Shown: piece after piece, positions 9,248 to 19,796 of the stretch | Numbering within the stretch: the stretch's first letter is position 1 | Layout: every line of letters begins with the position of its first letter | Assembly (NCBI GenBank): GCA_027313145.1 | Contig: DAHVEJ010000001.1 | Coordinates: 6,698 to 70,697 of the forward strand | Reading direction: 5' to 3' | Length of the DNA stretch: 64,000 nucleotides | Origin: Phycisphaerales bacterium | GTDB lineage: Bacteria; Planctomycetota; Phycisphaerae; WQYP01 | Notes under the pieces: model-generated | What the model was told of the DNA's origin: nothing | Databases searched by the model: none | Seen by the model: only the letters and a program-made list of their open reading frames with translations | Program-made: the position numbers and the translations under genes

Positions 9248-11173
9248 ATGGCGGCCGATAAAGCGGAACACAGTGAGAACCAGACGATTAAAAGCCCACG
9301 GGAGTATCCCCTGCAAAGTCTCTCATCGAACGTCTCGCTGAACACAAAGAGCGAGGAAACGCAAGCCGTTTCCTCCAAGGAAGAATCAACCGCGGAGAGC
9401 GTTTACGAACGCATGCTGAAAGACTCCTGGCGTCTGGGCCAAATTAAGCCCGACGCCGAAGGATGTAAGGAGTTTGTGAAGGCTTTTGCATCAAAATACC
9501 CCCACGATATGGTGATCGACCACTCGCCATATGCGCAGCGTCTGTCCAAAGAGCTGTCAACGGACTATTACCCGGATCGCTATGAGAAGATGCCCGGTAA
9601 CGCCATCCGACTCGAGCTGCTCGAGAGGTCACGCGACGCTGGGCAACGCGCATTATTTTTGAAAAATATAATCCCGAGCGCGGTGCTATCATTATCGGGC
9701 CGCAAACTACTTCGTCCAGTTCAACTGGTTGATTTCCTTTTGGATATCACCGAGCCGATCCCGGTATATCGTGCGGTGGACCTTGCCAAATGGATCGCGG
9801 CGTGCCGCGGTCACATCGCGAGCGTATCAACCAAGCTGCGTGACACCGACTACTACGGAACTGTGGGAAACTTGGCAATCCGAGTCGGGAGGCAAGACGA
9901 CCACAGGTGCCGCCGCGCTGCCATATATTATTATCATGAAATCCTTTCAGCCTACGCGCTCCGCGGCGCGGACTCTTACACGGCTGGCGATTACCATCTC
10001 CTCGAAAGTACAGCCAATAACTTGGCCGTGCGAGTTTCCGATGAAAACGAGTCGGAACAAAGGGACGACTTGCTCCGTAAACTTAAATATCTCTCAATCG
10101 GCGCGGTTCTCCGTTCGCGCACTGATAAATCCACTGCCACCCAGGCTGGCAGCGAGGCCATCTCCACTCCCACAAATGGTTCCGATGAGGGTTGCGGGCC
10201 AGCGCTCACGATCCTCCAAAACACAGGGGTTAGGTTTTCTGAGACGTCAGGCCAGTTCGACCAATGGCCAATTATTCTCGGCGGGATGATGACCATCCGT
10301 GAACCGTGGTCGAAATTGTTCAAGCAGAGCCACGAACTATACGCGTTTGTATATGCGACGGCAGCGGTCGCAAGAGCGTGCACAACCGATACCATTCACC
10401 TCGCACCCTCCGCATGCTTCAACGCTGGCGTTGAAATGCTCCGGTCAAACCGGCGATCCGCTTACGTGGCTGCCCGCGCTTTTATAAACTGTCTGGGTTT
10501 GGTATGGTCGCTTGATGCGTCCCCGGGAAACCTCCTCACTGCCCTTCGTGAGCACGATGGCCTCGACTGCCTCACTAATCTTTTGGGGGCCCTGGTGGAA
10601 TCGGGTGACCAACCGCGCCTCAAAGACTCATTGCAACTTCTCGTCTGCGGAGCAGCTCCAGCACTAAAGGAAGCGTCTTACGACGATAGTCGGCGTATCG
10701 AGAACAGCTCACGAAAGCTGAAGCTGGACTTCGACCTCCCCAAGGATTGCTCGACCGATGAGATGAAAACGGCAGCTTTAAACGTCTTGCGGAAGATGAG
10801 CGAAGACATACCCAACATTCCGCCACCTGGCGAAATTGGACTGGCGAACTGGGCCGCCAGTGCCCTACCGAATGTATTTTTCTCAGTGATTGGCCCTCAA
10901 GGAACCAAAGAACTTGCGGACAGCCTTGCTTCGATCCTCGCCGAGGTCAGCGATAAAGTTAACGAACCTTTGAGTGGCCTCTTGGAATTCTACAAGCCAC
11001 TTGCCGGGAGCGAAAACGCCGAAACTGGTAAAGGCCCGCTAGTCGATATCGGCGCGATAAATCAGCCGAATTGGAAGGAGATAGCGAAGGCGGCAGTCAA
11101 CAATTCCGCAAATAGTCCTTCCGCCTTTGCAACGGCCCTCCGACAGGCTGCACAATGGGCTTCCGAGAAGTGA
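9248..11173 (+). CDS. Hypothetical 641-aa protein of unknown function, probably co-transcribed with the KAP NTPase.
   Basis: Long ORF in low-GC context. The GAAGGAG RBS sits about 7 nt upstream of ATG 9248 (the ORF track start at 9227 lies inside the RBS). No motif recognised by eye. Confidence 0.6.
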   Translation: MAADKAEHSENQTIKSPREYPLQSLSSNVSLNTKSEETQAVSSKEESTAESVYERMLKDSWRLGQIKPDAEGCKEFVKAFASKYPHDMVIDHSPYAQRLSKELSTDYYPDRYEKMPGNAIRLELLERSRDAGQRALFLKNIIPSAVLSLSGRKLLRPVQLVDFLLDITEPIPVYRAVDLAKWIAACRGHIASVSTKLRDTDYYGTVGNLAIRVGRQDDHRCRRAAIYYYHEILSAYALRGADSYTAGDYHLLESTANNLAVRVSDENESEQRDDLLRKLKYLSIGAVLRSRTDKSTATQAGSEAISTPTNGSDEGCGPALTILQNTGVRFSETSGQFDQWPIILGGMMTIREPWSKLFKQSHELYAFVYATAAVARACTTDTIHLAPSACFNAGVEMLRSNRRSAYVAARAFINCLGLVWSLDASPGNLLTALREHDGLDCLTNLLGALVESGDQPRLKDSLQLLVCGAAPALKEASYDDSRRIENSSRKLKLDFDLPKDCSTDEMKTAALNVLRKMSEDIPNIPPPGEIGLANWAASALPNVFFSVIGPQGTKELADSLASILAEVSDKVNEPLSGLLEFYKPLAGSENAETGKGPLVDIGAINQPNWKEIAKAAVNNSANSPSAFATALRQAAQWASEK

Positions 11174-11443
11174 AACGCGTGCGGGAACTGTTTTGGGGTG
11201 CGATGCAATACAGATTTGCGGCAACCCGCCCGAATTCGGAGTTGTGGGAGCATGCATGTCGGTGTAAGTCCTCGTTGCAAATTGTAGATTACGGAACCGC
11301 CCTGATGGTCGGACTGAACAAGCACTTTCACCGTAACGGCGCGAGGCCGGGGTTACAGGTTACGGGCTACGGGCTACGGGTTAAAGTGTCACGTCCTGAT
11401 AAAGGTTGTCACTGTTGGCAACGGAATTATCAGGAGTTTTGGT

Positions 11444-11818
11444 ATGCGTGTACGTGTAATAAAGCGGTATAGTGAGTACTTCAAAAGGCAGGTGGTTGAC
11501 GAGTTGGAGAATGGTCGATTCACATCGATTACCGAGTCGCGGCTTCACCACGGGATTACGGGCGGAACGACGATTCAGACGTGGTTAAAAAAATATGGAA
11601 GGAATCATTTGATGGCGAAGGTGGTACGGGTGGAAAAGCCAGGCGAACAAGATCAGTTACGTGCGTACAAAAAGAGGGTATCGCAGTTGGAGCAGGCCTT
11701 GGGGAAGACTCAGGCGGAGAACCGCCCTCTATTTGAAACGATCAAGACGCTTCTCATGAACGCCTGGGCCGGTAAAAATCCCGGCCTGCTTACCGATGTT
11801 CTGGTCGACTCCTCCTGA
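11444..11818 (+). mobile_element. IS3-family transposase OrfA (HTH/leucine-zipper part) with no OrfB (DDE) following: truncated IS remnant.
   Basis: MRVRVIKRYSEYFKRQVVDELENG... is typical IS3/IS911 OrfA. An inverted repeat CCTGATAA..TTATCAGG and a TGTCACT terminus lie just upstream at about 11395-11435. A permease gene starts 80 bp downstream. Confidence 0.7.
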
Positions 11819-11901
11819 ACTTACCTGCCGGAGCCGCTGAGCGGTAAACAGTTACGGGTGCCGGTTATAGCCGCTTGCTCCAGATAAATCCCTGTCGGCG
11901 A

Positions 11902-12870
11902 TCAGCCTTTAATTCCGGTGGTGGCGATGCCTTCAATGAAGGTGCGTTGGGCGATAAAAAAGAGGATTACTACCGGGAGGATGACCAGAACGCTGGCGGC
12001 CATCAGCAGGTTCCATTGGCTGCCGCCTAATTGGGATTGAAACGCGTCCAGACCCAAGGCCAGCGTAAACTGATGGGAGTGCTGCAGGTAGACCAGCGGG
12101 CCAAGGAAATCATTCCATACGCCGAGAAAAGCGAACAACGCCACGACACTTAATGCCGGGCGGGCCAGAGGAAGAACAATGCGAAAAAATATTCCCAGTT
12201 CAGAGCAGCCGTCAATGCGCGCCGCTTCAGAAAGTTCATCCGGGATGGTAATGAAAAATTGCCGCAGCAGGAAAATGCTGAATGCGGAACCAAACCAGTA
12301 AGGGACCCAGAGGGGGCGGAAAGTTCCCAGCCATGCGATACCGGTATAATCACCGAGCCACTTGAAGATAATAAACATGGACACCATGGTGACGGGGAAC
12401 GGAATCATCATGGTGGAGAGCATTAAAGCAAATAACACGCCCCGACCGCGGAAGCGAATTTTGGCAAACCCATACGCCACAAAAGCGCTGGAAATCGTGG
12501 TACCCAGCACCACCAGCACGGCGATGGTCAGGCTGTTACGCGCCCAAAGCAGCATGTGATACTGACGCTCTGAAAACAAGTTGACATAATTCTGCCAGCG
12601 GAAAGGCGCGGGAATCAGGGTTGGCGGATATTGCGTAGCACTTGATTCGGTTTTGAAACTCGTATCCAAAAGCCAGAGAAAGGGCACCAAAGCAAGAAGT
12701 GATGCCATAAGCAGTAACGCGTGCGACAAGATACGCCGGCTTATATGCCGCGCAGGGCCCGGGGGGGATTCAGGTGGGGCAGCGGGACCTTGAGAAGCTT
12801 CCGCGGCGGCCGGGAAATTTCCACGCAGCAAATCCGTGGAGACCATATTGACCGGAAGTTTTTCAGCCAT
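11902..12870 (-). CDS. Carbohydrate ABC transporter permease (MalG-like).
   Basis: EAA loop EAARIDG and six TM segments. The N-terminal extension in the ORF is probably over-called. Confidence 0.85.
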   Translation of the reverse strand: MAEKLPVNMVSTDLLRGNFPAAAEASQGPAAPPESPPGPARHISRRILSHALLLMASLLALVPFLWLLDTSFKTESSATQYPPTLIPAPFRWQNYVNLFSERQYHMLLWARNSLTIAVLVVLGTTISSAFVAYGFAKIRFRGRGVLFALMLSTMMIPFPVTMVSMFIIFKWLGDYTGIAWLGTFRPLWVPYWFGSAFSIFLLRQFFITIPDELSEAARIDGCSELGIFFRIVLPLARPALSVVALFAFLGVWNDFLGPLVYLQHSHQFTLALGLDAFQSQLGGSQWNLLMAASVLVILPVVILFFIAQRTFIEGIATTGIKG

Positions 12871-12873
12871 GCG

Positions 12874-13764
12874 TCATTTTCCCTGATAATGAACCCAATG
12901 CCGACTGCTCCAGAATGCGACGCCGGTAAGAATCAGTACCATCAATAATTCCACCCAGGCCATGGCGCTGGCGTAGCCCATGTGCAAAAAGCTGAAGGCG
13001 TTGTCGTAAAGGTACATGGTAAATAAATAGGTAACCCGGTCCGGGCCGCCCTGCGTCATGACATACGGCACCGTGAAATTCTGAACAACACCGATAATAG
13101 CCATGATGAGATTAAAAAATATGACCGGCGAAATACCCGGAAGTGTCACATGCCACAACTGCCGAGCCGGGCTGGCACCGTCAATTTCCGCGGCCTCATA
13201 CAACTCTTTGGGGACATCCTGCAAGCCGGCAAGGTAGATGACAATGGTGTTACCTAAACCCCAGAAGCTCATGATCGCCAGGGACGGCATCGCCCACTGC
13301 GTTGTCGTCAGCCACCCCGGCGGGTGGGCAACCCCCAGATATCTTAGAACGGTATTAATTAATCCAAGCCGCGAATTAAACAACCAGAGCCACACCATGG
13401 ACGATGCCACCAGAGGCACCAGTGACGGCAAAAAAATAATGGCGCGATAAATGGAAATCCCCCTCACGCGGCTATTTAGCAATAGCGCTGCTCCAATGGC
13501 GATGATCATTCCCGCGGGGAGCGTCAACAACGCGTAATAACCGGTGTTTCGCAAAGATTCCCAAAATACCGAATCATGCAGCATGGCATGGTAATTTCTC
13601 AGGCCCACAAAGACCGGCGGTTGCAGCAACGGATAATCGCAGAAACTCAAATAAAGTGACAGGCCGATCGGCAACGCCATAAAAACAGCAAAGCCAATAA
13701 GCCAAGGCGAAAGAAATGCCAGGCCCTTAGCCGTCTGCCTTATCTCATTTCTCCACTGAATCAT
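12874..13764 (-). CDS. Carbohydrate ABC transporter permease (MalF-like).
   Basis: EAA loop EAAEIDGASPARQLWHVTLP. Polytopic. Confidence 0.85.
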   Translation of the reverse strand: MIQWRNEIRQTAKGLAFLSPWLIGFAVFMALPIGLSLYLSFCDYPLLQPPVFVGLRNYHAMLHDSVFWESLRNTGYYALLTLPAGMIIAIGAALLLNSRVRGISIYRAIIFLPSLVPLVASSMVWLWLFNSRLGLINTVLRYLGVAHPPGWLTTTQWAMPSLAIMSFWGLGNTIVIYLAGLQDVPKELYEAAEIDGASPARQLWHVTLPGISPVIFFNLIMAIIGVVQNFTVPYVMTQGGPDRVTYLFTMYLYDNAFSFLHMGYASAMAWVELLMVLILTGVAFWSSRHWVHYQGK

Positions 13765-13822
13765 TAAACCGATTCCTCCAGTGACCCGTGTGATTCCGCG
13801 GTCGCCGCACTATTTTTCATCA

Positions 13823-15265
13823 TCATTTTTCAGCCCTTCGCAATCGCTGAACGCGTTCATAACTGTCATATTCACGCTGCAGGCGATGTTGCGCTTTCTC
13901 AAGAGCGCGGGTGGGCGTGCGTTCTAGCAGGGCCACGGCCTGGGCCTCGGTATTAAGTTCATCAATAACTTGAGGCATTATCGGAATTTGCGGCAATCCA
14001 CGCGCGTTGGGACTGTTGGCAAGTTTCTCAAACACATCAATGTATGGATTGGGATTATGTTCGATAAAATCTTTACTGACTTTGCGTAGCGGGGAGTTCT
14101 TGCTCATCATGCTGCAGAGATGCTCCATGACCTTCTGGCGTTGAACGTACGCAATAAACGTAAAAGCCTGCTTAATATGTTTGGCACCGCGCGGAATGAC
14201 AAAGGCGTCAAAACCACAATAGGAAACATCTTTCATTCCCGGCACCGCCGATGGAAATGGGGCTACGGCCCAACCATAATTTTTGCGTCTCTCCGCCAGC
14301 GGCATCGTTAGAGCCTTGGCGTAGGACCAGTGCAGGGTGGAGAGATGCTTGGCATAACTATAAATGTAATTGGCCATCCATGGCCCCTGCTGCTCCATGG
14401 CCAGCGTTCCGAGCATGAACGGATTTTGCGCCGATTCAAAATTTCCCTGGGCGGACGTAAAAGAGTTAATGGCCTGGGGCCCCAGCCACTTGGAATAACT
14501 GGCGATCCAGCGATACGCGGCGACGTCCTGCGGGCTGGTGAGGGTGAATTTACCGGTCTTGGCATTCCAGATATGCCCGCCAAACCAGAAAAACACTTCC
14601 GGAAAATACCAGCCCGGTTCGGTGGGCAAAAATCCGGCCCGCAGCAACTGTCCCTGGGGGCCGAATTTAGTCAGCACGCGGGCATAAGCGTCAAGCTGCC
14701 GGATGGTTTGTGGGGCTTGGTTGGGGTTTAACCCGGCGGCTCTTAATTTGGCGGCATCACGCTTGAAAATCAATTTATTGTAGACCAATGCAATGTCGGC
14801 CGGCGTACTTACCAGCGCATACAGCCGACCATGATAGTGGCACGCGGTCCAATAAACCTTCTTATACGTTTTGCGGGTAATACCATACTCTCGGGCAAGA
14901 TGCCCCAGAGGGGTCAGGGCACCGAGGGATGCATACTGCGCCACATCATTATCCCAAAGCCCCGCGATATCCGGAGGCACACCGGCGGCGGTGGCTATGA
15001 GTGTTTTTTTGTCGATATCCGCCATGGAAACAAACTGCACAAAAATATGTTTTTTCAAGCCCACCGTCGCATTGAAGTCATTGACGATGATCCTCATCTG
15101 CTGTTCTTCCGGCCCGGTCCATTTCTCCCAGTAGGTGACAACGACGCGGCCTTTGGGAACTCCGGCTTTTTGCCGAGGCCCAAAAAACAAGATGGCCAGC
15201 GCGGGCACCAGCAATAACACGAAGCCGATGTTTTTCAGCATTCGTTTCATTTGCGACCTCAACAA
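13823..15265 (-). CDS. ABC transporter extracellular solute-binding protein (family 1, sugar).
   Basis: N-terminal signal/TM anchor and SBP family 1-like sequence. Sits in an operon with the two permeases. Confidence 0.8.
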   Translation of the reverse strand: MLRSQMKRMLKNIGFVLLLVPALAILFFGPRQKAGVPKGRVVVTYWEKWTGPEEQQMRIIVNDFNATVGLKKHIFVQFVSMADIDKKTLIATAAGVPPDIAGLWDNDVAQYASLGALTPLGHLAREYGITRKTYKKVYWTACHYHGRLYALVSTPADIALVYNKLIFKRDAAKLRAAGLNPNQAPQTIRQLDAYARVLTKFGPQGQLLRAGFLPTEPGWYFPEVFFWFGGHIWNAKTGKFTLTSPQDVAAYRWIASYSKWLGPQAINSFTSAQGNFESAQNPFMLGTLAMEQQGPWMANYIYSYAKHLSTLHWSYAKALTMPLAERRKNYGWAVAPFPSAVPGMKDVSYCGFDAFVIPRGAKHIKQAFTFIAYVQRQKVMEHLCSMMSKNSPLRKVSKDFIEHNPNPYIDVFEKLANSPNARGLPQIPIMPQVIDELNTEAQAVALLERTPTRALEKAQHRLQREYDSYERVQRLRRAEK

Positions 15266-16437
15266 AACCTTGGCGACATTTATACTATGCGCAAAATTCC
15301 TTTTTCGCCACTAGGAGCATGTCCGGGTGCTCTGTAACGCCTAAAAAAACGCCCGGCAATTCAGCAGCCAAAGGCCACCGAATTGCCGGGACAGGTCTCT
15401 CCCCCCCTCCGGGGGGGGTGAGCCTTGCGCCTTCCGCCGTGGGAAAGGCGCAAAGCCACCGCACTTCTCTCTCTTTCTCCCTCCGCAAATTGTCTTTCTA
15501 CCAGGCGCGCCCAAAGGCGCTGACGAACTTGAATCTTTGGCCGCAACTCAGGAGCGTTCCCGGGTAATACCCGGACAGGCTCCTAGACGGCCATGGCGCT
15601 CTAACTCATCCAAACCCGTCCGATGACGGATAAACAAACCTCTCGCTCCCTCCATGGGGAAATCAAGCCACAAAATTTTTCTCATACGGGCGAATACCGC
15701 GAACCATAAGCTCATCGTGAGACCCATGGATTGCTGATTTTGAATTGCGTCAGCACGCGGATTAATTTTCGCCTCTTCTCTTGTGCAGTGTTTCAGTCGA
15801 TATGTGTCTGAATTCTTGTTACCTGCACAGTTAATGTATCGGCAGATACGCCCCGGAAGCACACAAAAAATTCGCGATTTTCCCCAGCAAATTCAGGGGT
15901 TCCAATAACATTACGCCCTGATAAAACTCCGCCGGTAAAAACGGCCGGCGAAGCACTTAGAACGCCGGAGTCAGTAGATGGTGACACCGGGCGCGCCCTG
16001 CGACCAAAATATCAGTGATCGCGATTCCGACGCATTCTAACTCCTATGTGCTCATGCAACGCCTAACCCATATCTCGCCATCCCCGCAGGTGATCTGGGC
16101 AATTTTCCCGGGCGGGGTCAATATTGTTGTTTAATGGGTGGGATCGCGCCAATGACAGCCGGAACCTTCGGCTGCGGCGGGCGAGTTTTTCGCGACGCGG
16201 CGGCACATTAAATGTGCCGGCTAACATCACTGATGAGGTGCCCCCCCGCGGGTGATCTGGGCAATTTTTCATCCACCGTGCCCGGTCATGCGTATAATGG
16301 GGTGACTTGGTGGAGTGCACTGTAAAAAGTCGAGTCGGCATTGTGCCGGCATAAGTATGAATAAGTTGTTGCGGTGATGCTGATGGTGGTCATCGGTACG
16401 CTAAAACAAGGTCTCTTTTTTGTGGAGTTGCGTTATG

Positions 16438-16839
16438 AATCGCAAAATTATTTCCGGTATCGCAGGTTTATTGGCGGTCAGCGCCATGTCCGTCAGCGCA
16501 TTTGCCGTGACAACCAAATCCGTCACGGTCAAGGGCCAACTGCTGGATATGAAGTGCTACTCGGCTCTGGGTGCCACCGGCCGCGCCCATGGCAAAACCT
16601 GTGGGAAGAAATGTCTAAGCGAAGGCGTCCCGGCCGGCATTCTCGTTCATGGCCACGCTTGGGTGCTGGCCACGAATTCTCGCCCCCTGGCTCCTTATGT
16701 GGGCCTGAATATTGAAGTCATGGGCAAAGCCAATTCCAAGGATCATGTTCTGGTTCCATCCATGATCAAGGTCGATGTGCATGGCCATTGGAAAACCATC
16801 GTCGGCAAAGGCGCTATGGCCGGGATGCCCGGAATGTAA
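16438..16839 (+). CDS. Small secreted protein of unknown function.
   Basis: Signal peptide MNRKIISGIAGLLAVSAMSVSAFA. Followed by a canonical terminator. Confidence 0.55.
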   Translation, partial: NRKIISGIAGLLAVSAMSVSAFAVTTKSVTVKGQLLDMKCYSALGATGRAHGKTCGKKCLSEGVPAGILVHGHAWVLATNSRPLAPYVGLNIEVMGKANSKDHVLVPSMIKVDVHGHWKTIVGKGAMAGMPGM

Positions 16840-16862
16840 GGTTTCCGGCCGACCACGGTCTG

Positions 16863-16906
16863 GCTCAAAGAATCGGCAGGCCTCCGGGGCGAACCCCCGG
16901 AGGCCT
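16863..16906 (+). terminator. Rho-independent terminator.
   Basis: GGCAGGCCTCCGGGGGCGAACCCCCGGAGGCC followed by TTTTTTTT. Confidence 0.8.
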
Positions 16907-16919
16907 TTTTTTTGAGCTG

Positions 16920-19628
16920 TTACATTACCACAGAATTAACTGCGGCGGTCGTCAGCGTTTCAGGGCCTCCGAGTTTGGCATCCGTGCAGGGCTGCAGGGT
17001 AATGACGGTATTTAAGTGGATGTCCGCCGAGGAACTTCCCACCAACACTTTCAACGTTCCCGGTTGGAGCACGAATTTGCGCTGCGTTTCCTGCCAGTAC
17101 CATAGCGCCTGCTCGGTATATGGAACGGTGAATTCCACACGTCGGCTTTCGCCGGGTTTAAGCTCCAGGCGTTGAAAGCCCACAAGCTGCTTGATCGGCC
17201 GCTTGACCGGAGATGCGGGTGCCTGCACATACAGTTGCGCCACTTCCGCACCGGCGTACAAGCCGGTGTTGGTTATCACTGCTGAAACCACAACCGATTC
17301 ACCAGCACCGAGTGTGGCCCTTGAAATAGCAAGGTCGCCGTACTTAAAGCTCGTGTAGCTTAAGCCGTAGCCGAACGGATACAGCGGATCGCCTTCAAAG
17401 TACATGTACGTGCGGCCTTTCATAATGTCGTAGTTATGGAATGGCGGGAGTTGATCCACCGACTTATACCAGGTACAGCAGGTTTTGCCGCCCGGGTTGT
17501 AATTTCCAAACAAAACGTCGGCAATGGCGGTTCCCTGAGCCTGCCCGGCGAACACAGCCGATACAATGGCCGGAAGGTGTTCCTGTTCCCAATTAACGGC
17601 TACTGTATTGTTGCTGGAGATGACCAGCACGGTTTTTGGATTGGCTTTGAAGCACGCCTGAATTAATTCGTGCTGTACACCGGTGAGTTTGGTATTTTTG
17701 CGATCATGCGCTTCAGCGTCCACCTGTTGATCCACGCCGCAGACCATGATGACCACATCGGCACTTTTTGCGGCGTCTACCGCCTCGGCGAACATCGTGT
17801 CATCTTTCGGGCCCTCCACGGTGCAGCCCGGCTTGAAGACCACCACCGGCTGACCCGGCCGGGGTTGCGGTTTGGGAGGCGCGGTAACAGGCTGAAGCTG
17901 GAACCATTCAACATTGCACATGGGGCCGCCTTGGTGCCCGGCGAATTTGAAAAATACTTTATGTTTTCCGGTTATGCCGCTGATAGCGGCGGAAACCGTC
18001 GTCCAATGCTGCCAGCCGCCGGTTCGCGGCACCGTCAGAGTCGCAATTTTTCTGCCATCCAGCGAGTCGATATGGACATGAATAACCGCTCCACCGCTCG
18101 GGCTGGAAACGCGAATGGCAATATGATTTTTACCGGTAAAATCCTGGGGCTTGTATTGCACCCACGCCCCGTCGTCAATCCAACCAATGTTCACACCGCC
18201 TTCACTGGAACCTTGCGTTTGCACACCCGCGCTGACCGCTTGGAGTTCCTGCGGCCAAACGTGCTCATGCGGGAGATAAACCGACGCCCCCAGAGCGTGG
18301 GCAATGCCCTCATACGGTGAAATACGCACAAATGGCGAGCCACTGTAGCCGCCAAGATGGCACTGGCCTGCCGTAGGCCCGATGACCGCGACGGTTTTGA
18401 GATCTGATTTTTGCAGGGGCAAGAAGTTATTGTCATTCTTCAACAAAACAATGGATTGCCGTGCGGCTTTCAGCGCCAATTCCCGATGAGCTGGGGAATC
18501 AACCACATCAAAGCCGATGCTGTTATAGGGAACGCTTTCCGGAGAATCAAATTCCCCAAATAGCACGCGGACGGTCAACAGGCGTGTAACCGCCCGGCTG
18601 ATATCCGCTTCACTGACAAGCTCATCCGCCACAGCCTTGCCCAGATGCTTGGGCAACGTATCGCCGCAATTAAGATCGCAACCAGCCTGCATAGCGGCAC
18701 CAGCCGCCTGATGCAGGGTAGGCAGGTAATGGTGCGGATTGAAAATGTTATATATGGCGTCACAGTCGGAAGTGACATAACCGCGAAAACCCCAGCGATC
18801 CCGCAGCAAGCTGGTCAAAAGAAAGCGATCGGCGCTGCAGGGGACCCCGTTAATTGCGCTGTACGCACTCATAAAGGTAAAAACGTCCGCATCCAAAGCG
18901 CAGGTGCGATAGGCCCGTGTGTAATATTCCCAGAAATTCCGCGGGCTTACTGAAGCGGAAACACTGGTGCGATCATCATCGGTATTGTTGCAGATAAAAT
19001 GTTTGGCGCACGCGGTGGTTTTCAGGTAATTGGGATTATCCCCCTGCATGCCCTTAATGACGTTTACCGCCCAAGTTCCCGCAAGGCATGGATCTTCTCC
19101 CGGCGCTTCTTCACAACGCCCCCACCGCGGGTCACGATGCAAATTCAATGTTTGCGGCGAATAATAAGCTAATCCGACATTTTCTTTTTTGTTGTAGGCC
19201 CGCGCCTCATCCGACACGGCGGTATATACCTCCAACGCCAAGCTTGGATTCCACGAGCAGGCCATCGCCAGCGGCAGCGGGAAGCTGGTCACGGGACCAC
19301 CGCGCACCAAGCCGTGCAACGCTTCACCGGAATAGTAATTATAGGCCGGCAGGCCAATGCGTTTGATGGCCGGAGCCTGGTTGCCGGTCTGGGCGATTTT
19401 TTCCGCCAGAGTCATTTTGGCTACCATGGCGGAAGCCCGTTGCCAGGCTTTTTTATAGGCCGCTTCGGATATACCAACACGCTCGAATTCAGGCGAGCCA
19501 GCCTTAATATCTGCGTTTCCCTGCGACTGCTCTGCGCACCCGGCCAGAGTCGCTGCGCCAACGGCCGTTGCCCCGGCAAGAAAAGCCCTGCGATTGATAG
19601 TATGCTTGACGACCAGTGAATGTGACAT
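16920..19628 (-). CDS. Glycoside hydrolase family 3 beta-glucosidase/beta-xylosidase, Tat-secreted.
   Basis: Tat motif NRRAFLAG with an AGCA lipobox-like site. GH3 motifs (KHF..N, GFRGYVTSDCDAI) and a C-terminal beta-sandwich. Confidence 0.9.
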   Translation of the reverse strand: MSHSLVVKHTINRRAFLAGATAVGAATLAGCAEQSQGNADIKAGSPEFERVGISEAAYKKAWQRASAMVAKMTLAEKIAQTGNQAPAIKRIGLPAYNYYSGEALHGLVRGGPVTSFPLPLAMACSWNPSLALEVYTAVSDEARAYNKKENVGLAYYSPQTLNLHRDPRWGRCEEAPGEDPCLAGTWAVNVIKGMQGDNPNYLKTTACAKHFICNNTDDDRTSVSASVSPRNFWEYYTRAYRTCALDADVFTFMSAYSAINGVPCSADRFLLTSLLRDRWGFRGYVTSDCDAIYNIFNPHHYLPTLHQAAGAAMQAGCDLNCGDTLPKHLGKAVADELVSEADISRAVTRLLTVRVLFGEFDSPESVPYNSIGFDVVDSPAHRELALKAARQSIVLLKNDNNFLPLQKSDLKTVAVIGPTAGQCHLGGYSGSPFVRISPYEGIAHALGASVYLPHEHVWPQELQAVSAGVQTQGSSEGGVNIGWIDDGAWVQYKPQDFTGKNHIAIRVSSPSGGAVIHVHIDSLDGRKIATLTVPRTGGWQHWTTVSAAISGITGKHKVFFKFAGHQGGPMCNVEWFQLQPVTAPPKPQPRPGQPVVVFKPGCTVEGPKDDTMFAEAVDAAKSADVVIMVCGVDQQVDAEAHDRKNTKLTGVQHELIQACFKANPKTVLVISSNNTVAVNWEQEHLPAIVSAVFAGQAQGTAIADVLFGNYNPGGKTCCTWYKSVDQLPPFHNYDIMKGRTYMYFEGDPLYPFGYGLSYTSFKYGDLAISRATLGAGESVVVSAVITNTGLYAGAEVAQLYVQAPASPVKRPIKQLVGFQRLELKPGESRRVEFTVPYTEQALWYWQETQRKFVLQPGTLKVLVGSSSADIHLNTVITLQPCTDAKLGGPETLTTAAVNSVVM

Positions 19629-19796
19629 GCGTTTCTCCTGAATAAAGGAACATCATTATCATACGTCGCGCTGAATTATTTGCCCGAATCTCTTTCACCA
19701 AGAGTTCGTTACCCGCAGTTGTTTCGTATGATATTGTGCCGACATAGAACCCGCAACATTGCAACCTCCGGGCAGTAGCGGGGTAGCGGGGTTCGT

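Noticed and set aside
16082-16270. CRISPR array candidates (28-bp and 75-bp direct repeats).
   Set aside because: Only two copies each, with irregular spacing and no cas genes in the window.
16063-16341. 92-aa minus ORF with repeated NCPDH(P/L)RG.
   Set aside because: Translation of the 28-bp direct repeats.
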